NCBI GenBank assembly: GCA_951406725.2
Contig: OX597819.1
Span: 130,696,001 to 130,760,000 of the forward strand
From: Octopus vulgaris
Lineage: Eukaryota
Reading direction: 5' to 3'
DNA: 64,000 nt
Shown: positions 12,501-26,649 of the stretch, piece after piece
Position numbering within the stretch: the stretch's first letter is position 1
Layout: each line of letters opens with the position of its first letter
Made by a program: the position numbers and the translations under genes
Notes under the pieces: generated by a model
Database searches by the model: none
The model's input: only the letters and a program-made list of their open reading frames with translations
What the model was told of the DNA's origin: nothing

Positions 12501-15136
12501 CCCAAATCCCTCTCTTTGGAATGTTCAACATTCCTTCCTCCCCTTCCTCCCCTTTACCTCTCAAATCCCCCTCTCTGGAATGTTCAACATTCCTCCCTCC
12601 CCTTCCTCCACTTCACCTCTGAAATCCCCCTCTCTGGAATGTTCAACATTCCTCCCTCCCCTTCCTCCCCTTCACCTCTCAAATTCCCCTCTCTGGAATG
12701 CTCAACATTCCTTCCTCCCCTTCCGACTCTTCAACTCTCAAATCCCCCTCTCTGGAATGTTCAACATTCCTTCCTCCCCTTCCTCCCCTTCACCTCTCAA
12801 ATCCCACTCTCTGGAATGTTCAACATTCCTCCCACCCCTTCCGACCCTTCATCTCTGAAATCCCCCTCTCTAGAATGTTCAGCATTCCTTCCTCTTCTTC
12901 CTCCCCTTCACCTCTCAAATCCCCCTCTCTGGAATGTTCAACATTCCTCCTTCCCCTTCCTCCCCTTCAACTCTCAAATCCCCCTCTCTGGAATGTTCAA
13001 CATTCCTCCTTCCCCTTCCGACACTTCACCTCTCAAATCCCCCTCTCTGGAATGTTCAACATTCCTCCCTCCCCTTCCTCCCCATCACCTCTCAAATCCC
13101 CCTCTCTGGAATGTTCAACATTCCTTCCTCCCCTTCCTCCAGTTCATCTCTGAAATCCCCCTCTCTGGAATGTTCAACATTCCTCCTTCCACTTCCGACA
13201 CTTCAACTCTCAAATCCCCCTCTCTGGAATGTTCAACATTCCTCCCTCCCTCCCCCTCCCTCTCACCTCTGAAATCCCCCTCTCTGGAATGTTCAACATT
13301 CCTCCCATTCACCTCCCAAATCCCTCTCTCTGGAATGTTCAACATTCCTTCCTCCCCTTCCTCCCCTTCACCTCTCAAATCCCCCTCTCTGGAATGTTCA
13401 ACATTCCTTCCTCCCCTTCCTCCCCTTCACCTCTCAAATCCCCCTCTCTGGAATGTTCAACATTCCTTCCTCCCCTTCCTCCCCTTCACCTCTCAACACC
13501 CCTCTCTGGAATGTTCAACATTCCTTCCTCCCCTTCCGACTCTTCAACTCTCAAATCCCCCTCTCTGGAATGTTCAAAATTCCTCCCTCCCCTTCCTCCC
13601 CTTCACCTCTCAAATCCCCCTCTCTGGAATGTTCAACATTCCTTCCTCCCCTTCCTCCCCTTCACCTCTCAAATCCCCCTCTCTGGAATGTTCAACATTC
13701 CTTCCTCCCCTTCCTCCCCATCACCTCTGAAATCCCCCTCTCTGGAATGTTCAACATTCCTCCCTCCCCTTCCTCCCCTTCACCTCTCAAATCCCCCTCT
13801 CTGGAATGCTCAACATTCCTCCTTCCCCTTCCGACTCTTCAACTCTCAAATCCCCCTCTCTGGAATGTTCAACATTCCTTCCTCCCCTTCCTCCCCTTCA
13901 CCTCTCAAATCCCACTCTCTGGAATGTTCAACATTCCTCCCTCCCCTTCCTCCCCTTCATCTCTGAAATCCCCCTCTCTGGAATGTTCAACATTCCTCCT
14001 TCCACTTCCTCCCCTTCACCTCTCAAATCCCCCTCTCTGGAATGTTCAACATTCCATCCTCCCCTTCCTCCCCTTCACCTCTCAAATCCCCTCTCTGGAA
14101 TGTTCAACATTCCTCCCTCCCCTTCCTCCACTTCATCTCTGAAATCCCCCTCTCTGGAATGTTCAACATTCCTCCCATTCACCTCCCAAATCCCTCTCTC
14201 TGGAATGTTCAACATTCCTTCCTCCCCTTCCTCCCCTTCACCTCTCAAATCACCCTCTCTGGAATGTTCAACATTCCTTCCTCCCCTTCCTCCCCTTCAC
14301 CTCTGAAATCCCCCTCTCTGGAATGTTCAGCATTCCTTCCTCCACTTCCTCCCCTTCACCTCTCAAATCCCCCTCTCTGGAATGCTCAACATTCCTCCTT
14401 CCCCTTCCGACTCTTCAACTCTCAAATCTCCCCTTCCTCCCCTTCACCTCTGAAATCCCCCTCTCTGGAATGTTCAACATTCCTTCCTCCCCTTCATCCA
14501 CATCACCTCTCAAATCCCCCTCTCTGGAAAGTTCAACATTTCTCCCTCCCCTTCCGACATTTCACCTCTCAAATCCCCCTCTCTGGAATGTTCAACATTC
14601 CTTCCCTCCCCTTCCTCCACTTTACCTCTCAAATCCCCCTCTCTGGAATGTTCAACATTCCTCCTTCCCCTTCCTCCCCTTCACCTCTCAAATCCCCCTC
14701 TCTGGAATGTTCAACATTCCTTCCTCCCCTTCCTCCCCTTCACCTCTCAAATCCCCCTCTCTGGAATGTTCAACATTCCTTCCTCCCCTTCCTCCCCATC
14801 ACCTCTGAAATCCCCCTCTCTGGAATGTTCAACATTCCTCCATCCCCTTCCTCCCCTTCACCTCTCAAATCCCCCTCTCTGGAATGCTCAACATTCCTCC
14901 TTCCCCTTCCGACTCTTCAACTCTCAAATCTCCCCTTCCTCCCCTTCACCTCTCAAATCCCCCTCTCTGGAATGTTCAACATTCCTCCCTCCCCTTCCTC
15001 CAGTTCATCTCTGAAATCCCCCTCTCTGGAATGTTCAACATTCCTCCCTCCCCTTCCTCCACTTCATCTCTGAAATCCCCCTCTCTGGAATGTTCAACAT
15101 TCCTCCTTCCACTTCCGACCCTTCAACTCTCAAATC
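9578..15136. repeat. 59-bp tandem satellite/minisatellite, roughly 90+ copies, truncated by an assembly gap
   Basis: Unit TGGAATGTTCAACATTCCTCCCTCCCCTTCCTCCCCTTCACCTCTCAAATCCCCCTCTC (59 nt); strongly C/T-rich on the plus strand. Confidence 0.97.
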
Positions 15137-15236
15137 NNNNNNNNNNNNNNNNNNNNNNNNNNNNNNNNNNNNNNNNNNNNNNNNNNNNNNNNNNNNNNNN
15201 NNNNNNNNNNNNNNNNNNNNNNNNNNNNNNNNNNNN
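15137..15236. other. Assembly gap (100 N)
   Basis: Run of n characters. Confidence 1.
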
Positions 15237-15423
15237 ATCTTTTCGTCGACCTCTATGTATGCATCTATTTATGTATAAATAGACGGATACATAGATATAT
15301 ACATACATACATACATACATACATACATACATACATACATACATACATACATACATACATACATACATACGTACGTACGTACGTACATACATACATATAT
15401 ACATACATACATACATACAAACA

Positions 15424-15457
<34 letters not shown>

Positions 15458-15610
15458 CATACATACATACATACATACATACACGAATAGACAGACAAAC
15501 ACACACAGACAAACAGTCAAAAAGACAAACAGACAGACAGATAAATATAGGATAGAATGATAGAAAGACGTATACATATATATGTATGTATATACACATG
15601 TATCTGCATA

Positions 15611-16861
15611 CATTGGGTCATCCCATAAATAATGCGGTTTTTGTACTTTTATTTTTCAAAATTAAGATAAATATCTTTTTTGATCAAAAATATACTCTCC
15701 TTCATTCTCTACAATGCTCTTCCATCTATCTGGTAGACTTGCGAGGCCCCTCTTCCAAAATACATTTGTCCCTGACGAAAAATATTCATCCAGTATTGTT
15801 TTGACCTCGTCTACAGAATTCATATTTTTTCCGTCCAAATGATTTTGAAGACTGCAGGATAAATGATAATCAGATGGGACAATGTCCGGCAAATAGTGGG
15901 TAAGGGGAACATCGTTTCCCAATCAAACTGCTCCAGCCTTTGGAATATCATCCTCGATGTATGTGGCCGAGCATTATCCAGATGGAAGAACACCTTTCGT
16001 CTTGAAAGCAAAGATGGTCGTTTTCCTTCTAGCGCTGACTTAAGCTGGTCGCGGTAGATCTTTCTTATCGTTCGGTTTGGGTTTAAAAGTTAAATGGGCT
16101 AAACCTTTCATATCCCACCAAATAGTTAACAACACCTTACGTAGGTGAAGACCTTTTTAGCCTGGGGTGCCGGTGTTTCTCTTTTCTCTTTTCTTTAGAG
16201 CTTGATATCTTATAGAGAGCACAATTCTCGTCACCAGTCACTATTCGGTCGGAAAACGGTTCATTGGTGAGATGTGACAGCAAAGAAGAGCACACATTCA
16301 CTCTCTACGCTCGATTAGACCCGGAAAGTTTGTGAGGAACCCATTGACACAATTTGCTGGCTTTTTCGATGGCACGCAGGTGTCGATCAATGGTTCAATG
16401 ACCAAAACCTAGCTTCTCTGCTAGCTCCTCAACAGTTACGATGGATATTTTGGTCCACTAGGTTTTGCCGGACGTCCTCATCGAGCACTACAGATCTTCC
16501 AGGACGAGGCTTGTCTTCTATACTGTACTTTCAGACTCAAAATTTCTGGAACCACCATTGTCACTGGCTTACGCTAATTGTCCGACCACCATTTACTGCA
16601 TTAATATTCCTCGCACTTTCCGTTGCGTTGTTGCCTTTATTGAATTCATAAATCAAAATATGCCGAATATGCTCCTTTATAACATTGAAAAATATCTGTT
16701 AAAATTGAACTGCACGCTTCAGAACTTGCACTACGAATAAGGACAAGGTAAAATTACTACCTGATTTTATAGCAAGTTGATACGGGTACTTTAGCCCGTC
16801 CCTCTCTGACTTTTAGTTCATGCTTTTGAAAAGACGGTATTATTTATAGGATGGCCCAGTA
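15611..16861 (-). mobile_element. Full-length decayed mariner (DD34D) transposon
   Basis: ~30-bp TIRs CATTGGGTCATCCCATAAATAATGCGG and its inverse at ~16833-16861, TA-flanked. Minus-strand motifs QWVPHKL (~16340), RIVTGDE (~16235), HLDNARPH and YLPDIVPSDYHL. Many frameshifts; ~1.25 kb. Confidence 0.92.
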
Positions 16862-17462
16862 TATGCAAAAGGTAGACGTACATATACATACATACACATA
16901 TACATACATGGGCACACGCACACAAAAATGCGTGTAGTGTGGGGTGTATACATACATACACCCAAACTGTCTCTCTTGTTCTCTCTATGTATCCATCCAA
17001 AACAAGTTTCTCTCCCTCCTCCTTTCCTTCTTGCTTATTTTCTCCCTCTTCTTCTTTATCTTTCTTCCTCACTCTCTCTTTCTCTCTCTCCCTCTCTCTC
17101 TCCCTCTCTCTCGTTCTCCTCCTCTTTCACCTTTATTTGTTTCATCTATATTTGTATTTCCATCGTTATCACTTCCTCCATATTCCTGTTTTCCTTATTT
17201 GAATGATTTTTGTACGCATGTGGGTGTATATACATATGTGTGTATATACATATACGTGAGCCGATTCTATGCGTGCATATTTATGCTTATGCAATGCGCA
17301 CATAGACACATATACATCTACACTATATGCATCTACACTATATGCATACAGATATACATACATGCACACGCACATGCATACACGCATAGTATATACACAC
17401 CCACACAGCACATATTTATGAAAATATATATATATTCATTTATTACCACAGCCACTCACACA

Positions 17463-17542
<80 letters not shown>

Positions 17543-17610
17543 GCATATATATATATTTATTTATATATACATATATATATATATACATACATACTAGCAT
17601 GCATACAAGC

Positions 17611-17660
<50 letters not shown>

Positions 17661-18459
17661 TGTATGTATGTATGTATGTATGTATGTATTTTGCATGTAT
17701 GTATATGATCTCAACAATACAACACAATTAAAAACCACATGCAAAAAAAGGACACTCATACAAAAACAACAGAAGACGTGAACTCGTGCATCGCACCTCA
17801 CACAGGCACCCACCCACCCACCCACAGACACGCTCTTATACATCTGCAAAAACGCCCACATATACACTAGCAAGTTCACTCTATGCACACACACTCACAC
17901 ACATACACATGAAGCACTGAGCTCCACCACGGCCGCCGCCACCGCAACCACCACCACCACTATTACGCTTTTGTTTTCTATGGATCTGTAAGTCAAACAA
18001 TCAGACGCTGTCTTCAAATACATTTGACGTCATTATCTGAGCTGCCCCCAGGGTTGTCACCATAAACTTGCTTACAAGAAGCTTTTATTTCCTGTTCGCC
18101 GTTTTAACGCTTGCGATGAGGAAATCTGTGCACATACCTATGCTTCTATATATATATATAGTGTGCGACTAAGTATGTGCACATGTGGGCTTGTGTGTGT
18201 ATGTGTTGCTAAGTGCCTGTGTGTATGTTTTTCTAAGTGTAGGTGTTTCTAATTGTGTGTGTGTGTGTGTACGTGTGAGTGTGTATTTGTGTGTGGTGTG
18301 CGCAGATTGAACTTGCGAGTGTATATGTAGACGTTTTTGTACGTATATATATATGAGTGTGTGCTTGCGTATATGTGTGTATGTACGAATGTATTTTTGT
18401 TTGTACCTGCACGTGTATGTGTAGGTATGTTCGTGAATATATGCATGCGGCTGTTTCTG

Positions 18460-18506
<47 letters not shown>

Positions 18507-18787
18507 TGTACCTGCATTGTTGTATGGCTACGCCTTTGATTGCATGTTTCATTGTTGCAATGTGTGTTTTGTGTGAGAGTGCGTGGGTATTTTTACATGG
18601 CAGTGCGAGAGGAAGTGTTTATGCGTCTGTGTGTGTGTGTGTAATTGTGTATGAGTGCATCTGTGTGCATGCGAGTATGCACAAGCGTGCGTTCTCATGT
18701 TGCTCAAACATTGTGCATATATCTCTCTTTAAGTATGTATACATATGTATGTTTTTGTGTACGTATATTTGAGAATGTATATGTACA

Positions 18788-18825
<38 letters not shown>

Positions 18826-18833
18826 TGTATGTA

Positions 18834-18877
<44 letters not shown>

Positions 18878-19080
18878 CATACATACATACATACATACAT
18901 ACATACATACATAGACAGATATATGTATAAACTTATATACATATACATATACATATATATATGTATACACATTATATGCATATAAACACACACACACTCA
19001 CACATATATATAAATATATACAGTATATGCATATATACACACACACACTCATGCACATATATATGTATACACGTTATATT

Positions 19081-19276
19081 CTTTTACTTGTTTCAGTCAT
19101 TTGACTGCGGCCATGCTGGAGCACTGCCTTTAATCGAGCAAATCAACCCCAGGATTTATTCTTTGGAAGCCTAGTACTTTATTCTATCGGTCTGTTTTGC
19201 CGAACCGCTAAGTTACGGGACGTAAACACATCATCATCGGTTGTCAAGCGATGGTGGGGAGACAAACACGGACACA

Positions 19277-19363
<87 letters not shown>

Positions 19364-19508
19364 GACGGGCTTCTTTCAGTTTCTATCTATCAAATCCACT
19401 CACAAGGCTATAGTAGAAGACACACGCCCAAGGTTCCACGCAGTAGGACTGAGCCCAGAAATATGTGATTGGTTAGCAAGCTACTTACCACACAGCCACT
19501 CCTGCGCC
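19081..19508 (-). mobile_element. tRNA-derived SINE family A (GGCGCAGGAGTGGCTGTGTGG head, internal TA/TG microsatellite)
   Basis: Reverse complement of the 59875-60322 copy, with a small internal deletion. Confidence 0.9.
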
Positions 19509-20085
19509 TAAATATATATGCATATCAAAGGGAAATGGAAATTAATTAAAATTTACATTTCCAGTGGTCTAACGTGTAAAAAATTTAGTCAAAAATACTA
19601 TATATTAGTCATACGATATAGTGTATATTTAAACACATAAGGAATCCACTAAATGGGAATTCAGCACGCTAGAAAGAACAGCTAGGTTCTATAACCACAA
19701 AAATTAGGGATAAAATTCGACAGGAACGAATTGAAAAAAACGTGTTGAATTCCTATATATGCATATATATATTTATATGTATCTATACTATTTATTTATA
19801 TATGAATAAATATTTACGTCAGTAAGATAAGATTGGTATTAATAATTGTACATACTAAGTTTTGGTGCACAATTGTAGCTTACATGTATTAAATTGCTCG
19901 TGCATGCAGAAATGTATATAAGCAAATAACTATGGATGGGTATCTAACTGTTTTTGTTGCAGATGTTCGTGTGCGTATGTCTATATATACATATGCACAT
20001 ATATAAATAAATAAATATATGTGTGTGTCAGTGTGTGTATAAATACACATACGTATACACATATATTTATCTATGTATGTATATA

Positions 20086-20123
<38 letters not shown>

Positions 20124-20833
20124 TGCGTGCGTGTGTGTGTGTTCAATGAGTGAGAAGATGTTAATAAATGCATAGAATAGATAAATACGGTGTTAACGCT
20201 CGAAAGGTTAAAAACCAACTTCCAAATAGGGGTAAAGATAATTCTGCATAAAGTGAGTTAGCTATAAGACCAGTCAGATCGAGCGTGTAATGAAACGGTA
20301 AAAACGATGGACAGACGCGTATATATAAGATTATATCATGTATGTCATTTCCGACTGATATAAACATAAATATCTAGCGATGCAAACACGTATCATTGTT
20401 AAGACTTTACAGCTGTTTCAAAGATTGAACAATGTGTATGACGCAACAATGTGTATACACATCAAGCAAATAGAAATTATGACGAGCATATAAAGGTAAA
20501 ATCTCAGTGTATCTAAGGCAGTGACTTCGAAGGACCGATGTTTTATTTCTTCAGAAGGATCTGCTTTGATAGTAATACTTATGGTTGTACATATCTATGA
20601 CATCTTTTGTAAATAATATAAATGATGTGTCATACATGTGTGTTTGCCCGTCTCTTATCTTTACTTATGTGTGCGTTCTAGTGTGTGTGTATGCAGGTAC
20701 ACACAAGTATCCCCGCACACACTCACATGCATATATATACCTGTTCATATGCATATATATATATATATATATATATGCACATATACATATATATATTTGG
20801 TTGTATATTTTCATATATATGTGTGTGTGTACG

Positions 20834-20889
<56 letters not shown>

Positions 20890-20965
20890 GAGCAGACCTA
20901 GGTCTGCTCAGGACTTAGTACTTGCTTTTTCCATGGGTATGAGTAAGTATTTCACTTATATCTCG

Positions 20966-21036
20966 CGTATTTATCTCTGAAGAGGGGACAATTCTTATGA
21001 ATTAACCCCGAAATTTGGACCAATACGGTAATAACG
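20966..21036 (+). ncRNA. Putative degenerate type-I hammerhead ribozyme
   Basis: CTGAAGA (20977) - GGGG...CCCC stem II - GAAA - TTGG/CCAA stem III; stem I is imperfect. Confidence 0.45.
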
Positions 21037-21290
21037 GATTTTTTAGAAATTTCTATCGGTTTGTTTCGAGACGCATAAATTATAATGGTTATTGACAATT
21101 TTGTCTTTTTTTTCGACATATTTGGCATTAGAATTTTTCTTTTGCCCTTATTTTGTAAATTATTTATAAATTTAACCTTTAAAGGTATTTTTTGATATGC
21201 TGGCCATTGATAAAAAATTTTTCTCGAAAAAAATTTTTATCCTACATTAGTTATATATATATATATATATGTACTTTCTTGTTTGGATTA

Positions 21291-21361
<71 letters not shown>

Positions 21362-21666
21362 TTGCTTATGTGAAACTATCGTAGGTCCAAATTTGGACAA
21401 ATGCGGTCTTTTTTTTTTTTCAATATTTTTTTTTGCTTGCAATACCCGGTTCTTTTGGTCAAACTATCTTATCGCCAGCTGTTTCAGATGCCAAGATATC
21501 AAAAATTGTCAAAGTTTAGTTCAACAATTTTGCTATGGAATGATGAAATAATTTTTTCGTTTTCTGAAAAGCAACGTTTTGGACTTACGACACTTTTGCA
21601 TAATATCAACGATATATACAGTATAGTATAGACGCAGTCATAGCTGTGTGGTAAGAAGCTTACTTC

Positions 21667-21893
21667 GGCGAGCTGGCAGAAACGTTAGCGCGCCGGGCGA
21701 AATGCTTAGCGGTATTTCGTCTGCCGTTACGTTCTGAGTTCAAATTCCGTCGAGGTCGACTTTGCCTTTCATCATTTCGGAGTCGATTAAATAAGTACCA
21801 GTTACGCACTGGGATCGATGTAATCGACTTAATACCTATGTCTGTCCTTGTTTGTCCCCTCTATGTTTAGCCCCTTGTGGGCAATAAAGAAAT
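21667..21893 (+). mobile_element. SINE family C nested in a family A head, 14-bp TSD
   Basis: TSD AAGAAGCTTRCTTC at 21653-21666 and 21894-21907; family A head sequence continues on both sides. Confidence 0.92.
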
Positions 21894-21954
21894 AAGAAGC
21901 TTGCTTCGCAAACACATGGTTCCGGGTCGCCAGTCCATCGCAGCGTTACTCAAG

Positions 21955-22149
21955 AAACAGGAAGAGAGAGTGAGAGAAAATTGTGGCGAAAGAGTACCAC
22001 AGGGGTCGCCACCACCTCCTGCCAGAGTCTCGATGAGCTTTTAGGTGTTTTCGCTCAATAAACACGCACAACGCTCTGTCTGGGAATCGAAACCGCGATC
22101 CTCCGACCGTGAGTCCGCTGCCCTAACCACTGGGCCATTGCGCCTCCAC
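21955..22149 (-). mobile_element. tRNA-derived SINE family B (5' part)
   Basis: Head GTGGAGGCGCAATGGCCCAGTGGTTAGGGCAGCGGACTC...GGTTTCGATTCCC, same as the 36172-36559 copy. Confidence 0.88.
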
Positions 22150-22404
22150 ATGTTAATGTAGCTCTATACAAATATGCTTACATTTATGCTCATATATATG
22201 GGTGTGCATGCGTTAGTGCGTGTGTGAGTGTGTGGACGTATGTTTATGAGTGGCTGCGTTCTTCGTAACTCGATGGATTTACATTGAACAGTTTCGAAAC
22301 CTTGGCACAATCGTCGGGCGTTCGACTCGAAATTTTAATGTATTCACTTCTCTCTTACTTGAATGCTCTTGTTTATCTCTAGACTGTGAGAGTCAAATTG
22401 AATG

Positions 22405-22604
22405 CGTGTGTGTGTGTGTATGTGTGTTTGCGTGTGTGTGTGTGAATGTGTTGTGTTTGCGTGTGTGTGTATGTGTGTGTGTGTGAATGTGTTGTGTGTG
22501 TGTATGTGTGTGTGTGTGTGAATGTGTTGTGTATGTGCGTGTGTGTGTGTGTATGTGTGTGAATGTGTTGTGTGTGTGTATGTGTGTGTGTGTGTGTGAA
22601 TGTG

Positions 22605-22639
<35 letters not shown>

Positions 22640-22700
22640 TGTGTGTGTGAATGTGTTGTGTTTGCGTGTGTGTGTCTGTGTATGAGTGTGTGTGTTTGTG
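22405..22700. repeat. (TG)n-based minisatellite with recurring GAATGTGTT
   Basis: Direct reading. Confidence 0.85.
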
Positions 22701-22788
22701 CGAGTGTGTATTGTGCCAGTAGTTTTATATGATTATGTCTCATTATAATTGTTTCATTGTTACATTGCTTCTGTCTCTCTTTCTTCCC

Positions 22789-22828
<40 letters not shown>

Positions 22829-23057
22829 CTCTATCTCTCTCGCTTGCTCACTGGCTTATGAATTAACTTACAGAGATGAACTTTGAAAAGTAATTTAAAA
22901 TCAACTAATGGAAATAAGCGTTTCAATACATACATATGTACACACACACACACACACACACTATACACACACATACACGCACACACATATATGCATACAT
23001 ATATGTGTGTGCATATGTATGTATGCATATATATATTTACATACACACATATATATA

Positions 23058-23097
<40 letters not shown>

Positions 23098-23099
23098 AA

Positions 23100-23184
23100 G
23101 CATATACATACATACATACATACATACATACACACACACATACATACGTACACACATACATACATACATACATACATACATACA

Positions 23185-23215
<31 letters not shown>

Positions 23216-23473
23216 GCACACATACATACATACGTACATACATACATACATACATACATACATACATACATACATACATACATACATACATACATACATA
23301 CATACATACATACATACATACACACACACACATACATACATACATACATACATACATACACACATACATACATACATACATACATACATACACACACACA
23401 TACATACATACATACATACATACATACATACATACATACATACACACATACATACGTACACACATACATATAT

Positions 23474-23508
<35 letters not shown>

Positions 23509-23597
23509 TATATACATACATACATACATACATACGTACACACATACATACATACATATATACATACATACATTCATACATACATACATACATACAT

Positions 23598-23628
<31 letters not shown>

Positions 23629-23709
23629 TACATACATACATACATACATACATACATACATACGTACACACATACATACATACATATATACATACACACA
23701 TACATACAT

Positions 23710-23740
<31 letters not shown>

Positions 23741-23845
23741 TACATACATACATACATACATACATACATACATACACACATACGTACACACATACATACA
23801 TACACACATACATACATACATACATACATACATACATACACACAT
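23100..23845. repeat. Long (CATA)n microsatellite
   Basis: Direct reading; source of the spurious HTYI/MYVC ORFs. Confidence 0.97.
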
Positions 23846-24518
23846 ATAAATACGTAGGTGTACAAACGACTGGAGGTTAAATTGAGGTATTTACTGCTTC
23901 CGTCTGTTGAGCATTACTCGAAGTTTCGAAGACAGAACCAAATTAATTCGATCCCACAGAGTCGATTATGAAACCTTAAGTAATCCGAAGAAATGAAAAA
24001 TATATACACACATGTATACATTCATACATACACTCCTATGAACACACACACACATACACACATTATTACATACTGGTTTTCAAATAAATTCACCCGTTCT
24101 TTTTCTTTTTGTTTGGTATTTTGTTTGGTATTTTTGGTATTTTACTTGTTTCAGTCACTGGACTGCGGCCATGCTAGGGCACAACCTTGAAGAATTTTAG
24201 TCGAACGAATCGAACCCAGTATCCGTTTTTTTTAAAGCCTAGCATTTATTCCATCGGTCTTTGTGTAAGTATATATAAAGTCGTGGACTGGCTTGGTGAT
24301 TCGCCTTCAACCCAAGCGGGTACGTGATGCTGACAAGCCACAAAAATGGCGAAACATCGATGTCCATCACTCCAAATGAGATCGAAGGTGATTTATCTCA
24401 CCTGTATAGAACTAAGGTGTTTTAACATCGGCAGAGTGAGAGTTTATATATTCCGCTGCGCCATGGCAGCCACCGGAAAATACACAAAGCATAGACGTAA
24501 GTATATGTATTTAATTTC

Positions 24519-24637
<119 letters not shown>

Positions 24638-25443
24638 CAAGATAAGGGCAGAAGAAAAATTCGAATTTTTTAGAGATTTATATCGGTTTGTTTCGAGACG
24701 CATAAATTTAATGGTTATCGACCATTATATACACGACGGGCTTCTCTTAGTTTCCACCTAGAAAATCCCGCACAAGGCTTTGGTCTGCACAGGTTTATAA
24801 TAGAAGACACTTTGCCCATGGTGCCACGTATTGAACTGAGCCCGGAACCATGCGGTTGCGATGCAAACTTCTTACCACACACATATCTGGAAAAAGATAA
24901 AATCTATTCAAATTTCGAAAAGTTTTTGAAGAAGAACAGAGCTTCAGAATAAGTGAACATAAAAGACTGCCATAAATTCTTTATTCTGTTAATCCAAATA
25001 ACTTTGGAAAAGAAAAGAAAAGAACGAACGAATTTGTCAGACAATAGAGTATATACACGTAGGTATAACTATACATTCTTCTCGTCCGATTTCTTATTTC
25101 TTTTTCCCTCTCAAAATAAAAATATAAATGTCCCGCCATTTGTCCTACATTGGATATAGTTATCCACAACGTAATTTAGTAATGTATTCTCTGATGATTT
25201 GTTGTGGTTAAATATTTAAACGCTCTTGGAACACCTATAACATGGCTCCACGCAACCACAGCAGTGAAACGGCCGTAAGAACTATGATTTAGACTTGTGA
25301 TTATCCTTATTTCTCCGATATAGATATGCCTATACATACGAGCATACATACGTATATATACATACATAGGTGTGTGTTTTTGTGTGTGTATGTGTGTATT
25401 TAGTGATGTATGCACATTAAATATATTTATATGTGTCTCCTAG

Positions 25444-25659
25444 GGCGGCGAGCTGGCAGGACCGTTAGCACGCCGGGCGAAATGCGTAGCCGTATTTCGT
25501 CTGCCGTTACGTTCTGAGTTCAAATTCCGCCGAGGTCGACTTTGCCTTTCATCCTTTCGGGGTCGATAAATAAAGTACAAGTTACGCACTGGGGTCGGTG
25601 TAATCGACTTAATCCGTTTGTCTGTCCTTGTTTGTCCCCTTGTGGGTAGTAAAGAAATA
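25444..25659 (+). mobile_element. SINE family C
   Basis: Matches 1961-2190; TSD-like TGTGTCTCCTT on both sides. Confidence 0.9.
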
Positions 25660-25689
25660 TATATTTGTGTGTGTCTCCTTGTGTGTGTG

Positions 25690-25985
25690 AAGGCACGTTG
25701 CTTAGTGGTTAGGGTATTCGGTTCACGATCGCAATGTTGTGAGTTCGATCCCCGACGCCGCATTGTGTCCTTGAGCAAGACACTTTATTCCATTTTGCTC
25801 TTAGTATTTGTTACATTTAGTGTCACGCTGAATATCCTTGAGAGATACAAATTAGTTGTACCAGTAATTCAAAGGGCCGGCCTTGTTGCATTCGATGCTA
25901 TGCTGAATTTCCCTGAGAAATACGCCTAAGGGTACGCATGTCTGTGGAGTGCTCAGCCGCTTGCACATCAAATTCAAGGCTGGCT
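25690..25985 (+). mobile_element. SINE, family B-related variant
   Basis: TTGCTTAGTGGTTAGGG (box A), GAGTTCGATCCCC (box B); body shared with 36172-36360 and 36961-37287. Confidence 0.75.
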
Positions 25986-26067
<82 letters not shown>

Positions 26068-26516
26068 ATCTTGCATGACCATACCTTTCGCTAGTGTCTT
26101 TTTATGTGCCCAAGCAGTAGCGGGAGCTGTTACCAACGACCCCAGAGAAATGTGAACCTCGTCGGAATTATAAATTAGAATGTAGAAATATTTCAACGCA
26201 CTTTGTCCGATTCTCTAACGATTGTGCCAATTGATCACCATTACATACATGTTCATACATACATACATACATACATACATACACACATACATGCATACAT
26301 ACATATATACACACATACATACATACATACATACATACACACATGCATACACACACACACACATACATACATACATACATACATACATACATACATACAT
26401 ACATACATACATACATGCATGCATCCATGCATGCATACATGCATACATACATACACACATACAAACATACATACATGCACACACGCATACATACATTCAT
26501 ACATACATAGAGAGAG

Positions 26517-26649
<133 letters not shown>

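Noticed and set aside
9578-15136. CRISPR-like look (palindromic repeat at regular spacing) and long Pro/Ser-rich ORFs up to 638 aa
   Set aside because: The intervening sequences are near-identical rather than unique spacers, there are no cas genes, and the context is eukaryotic. The ORFs arise because the 59-nt C/T-rich unit lacks stops and cycles through all three frames.
22883-23880. ORFs of HTYI/MYVC/YIYI type here and throughout the window
   Set aside because: Translations of (CATA)n, (TA)n and (TG)n microsatellites.
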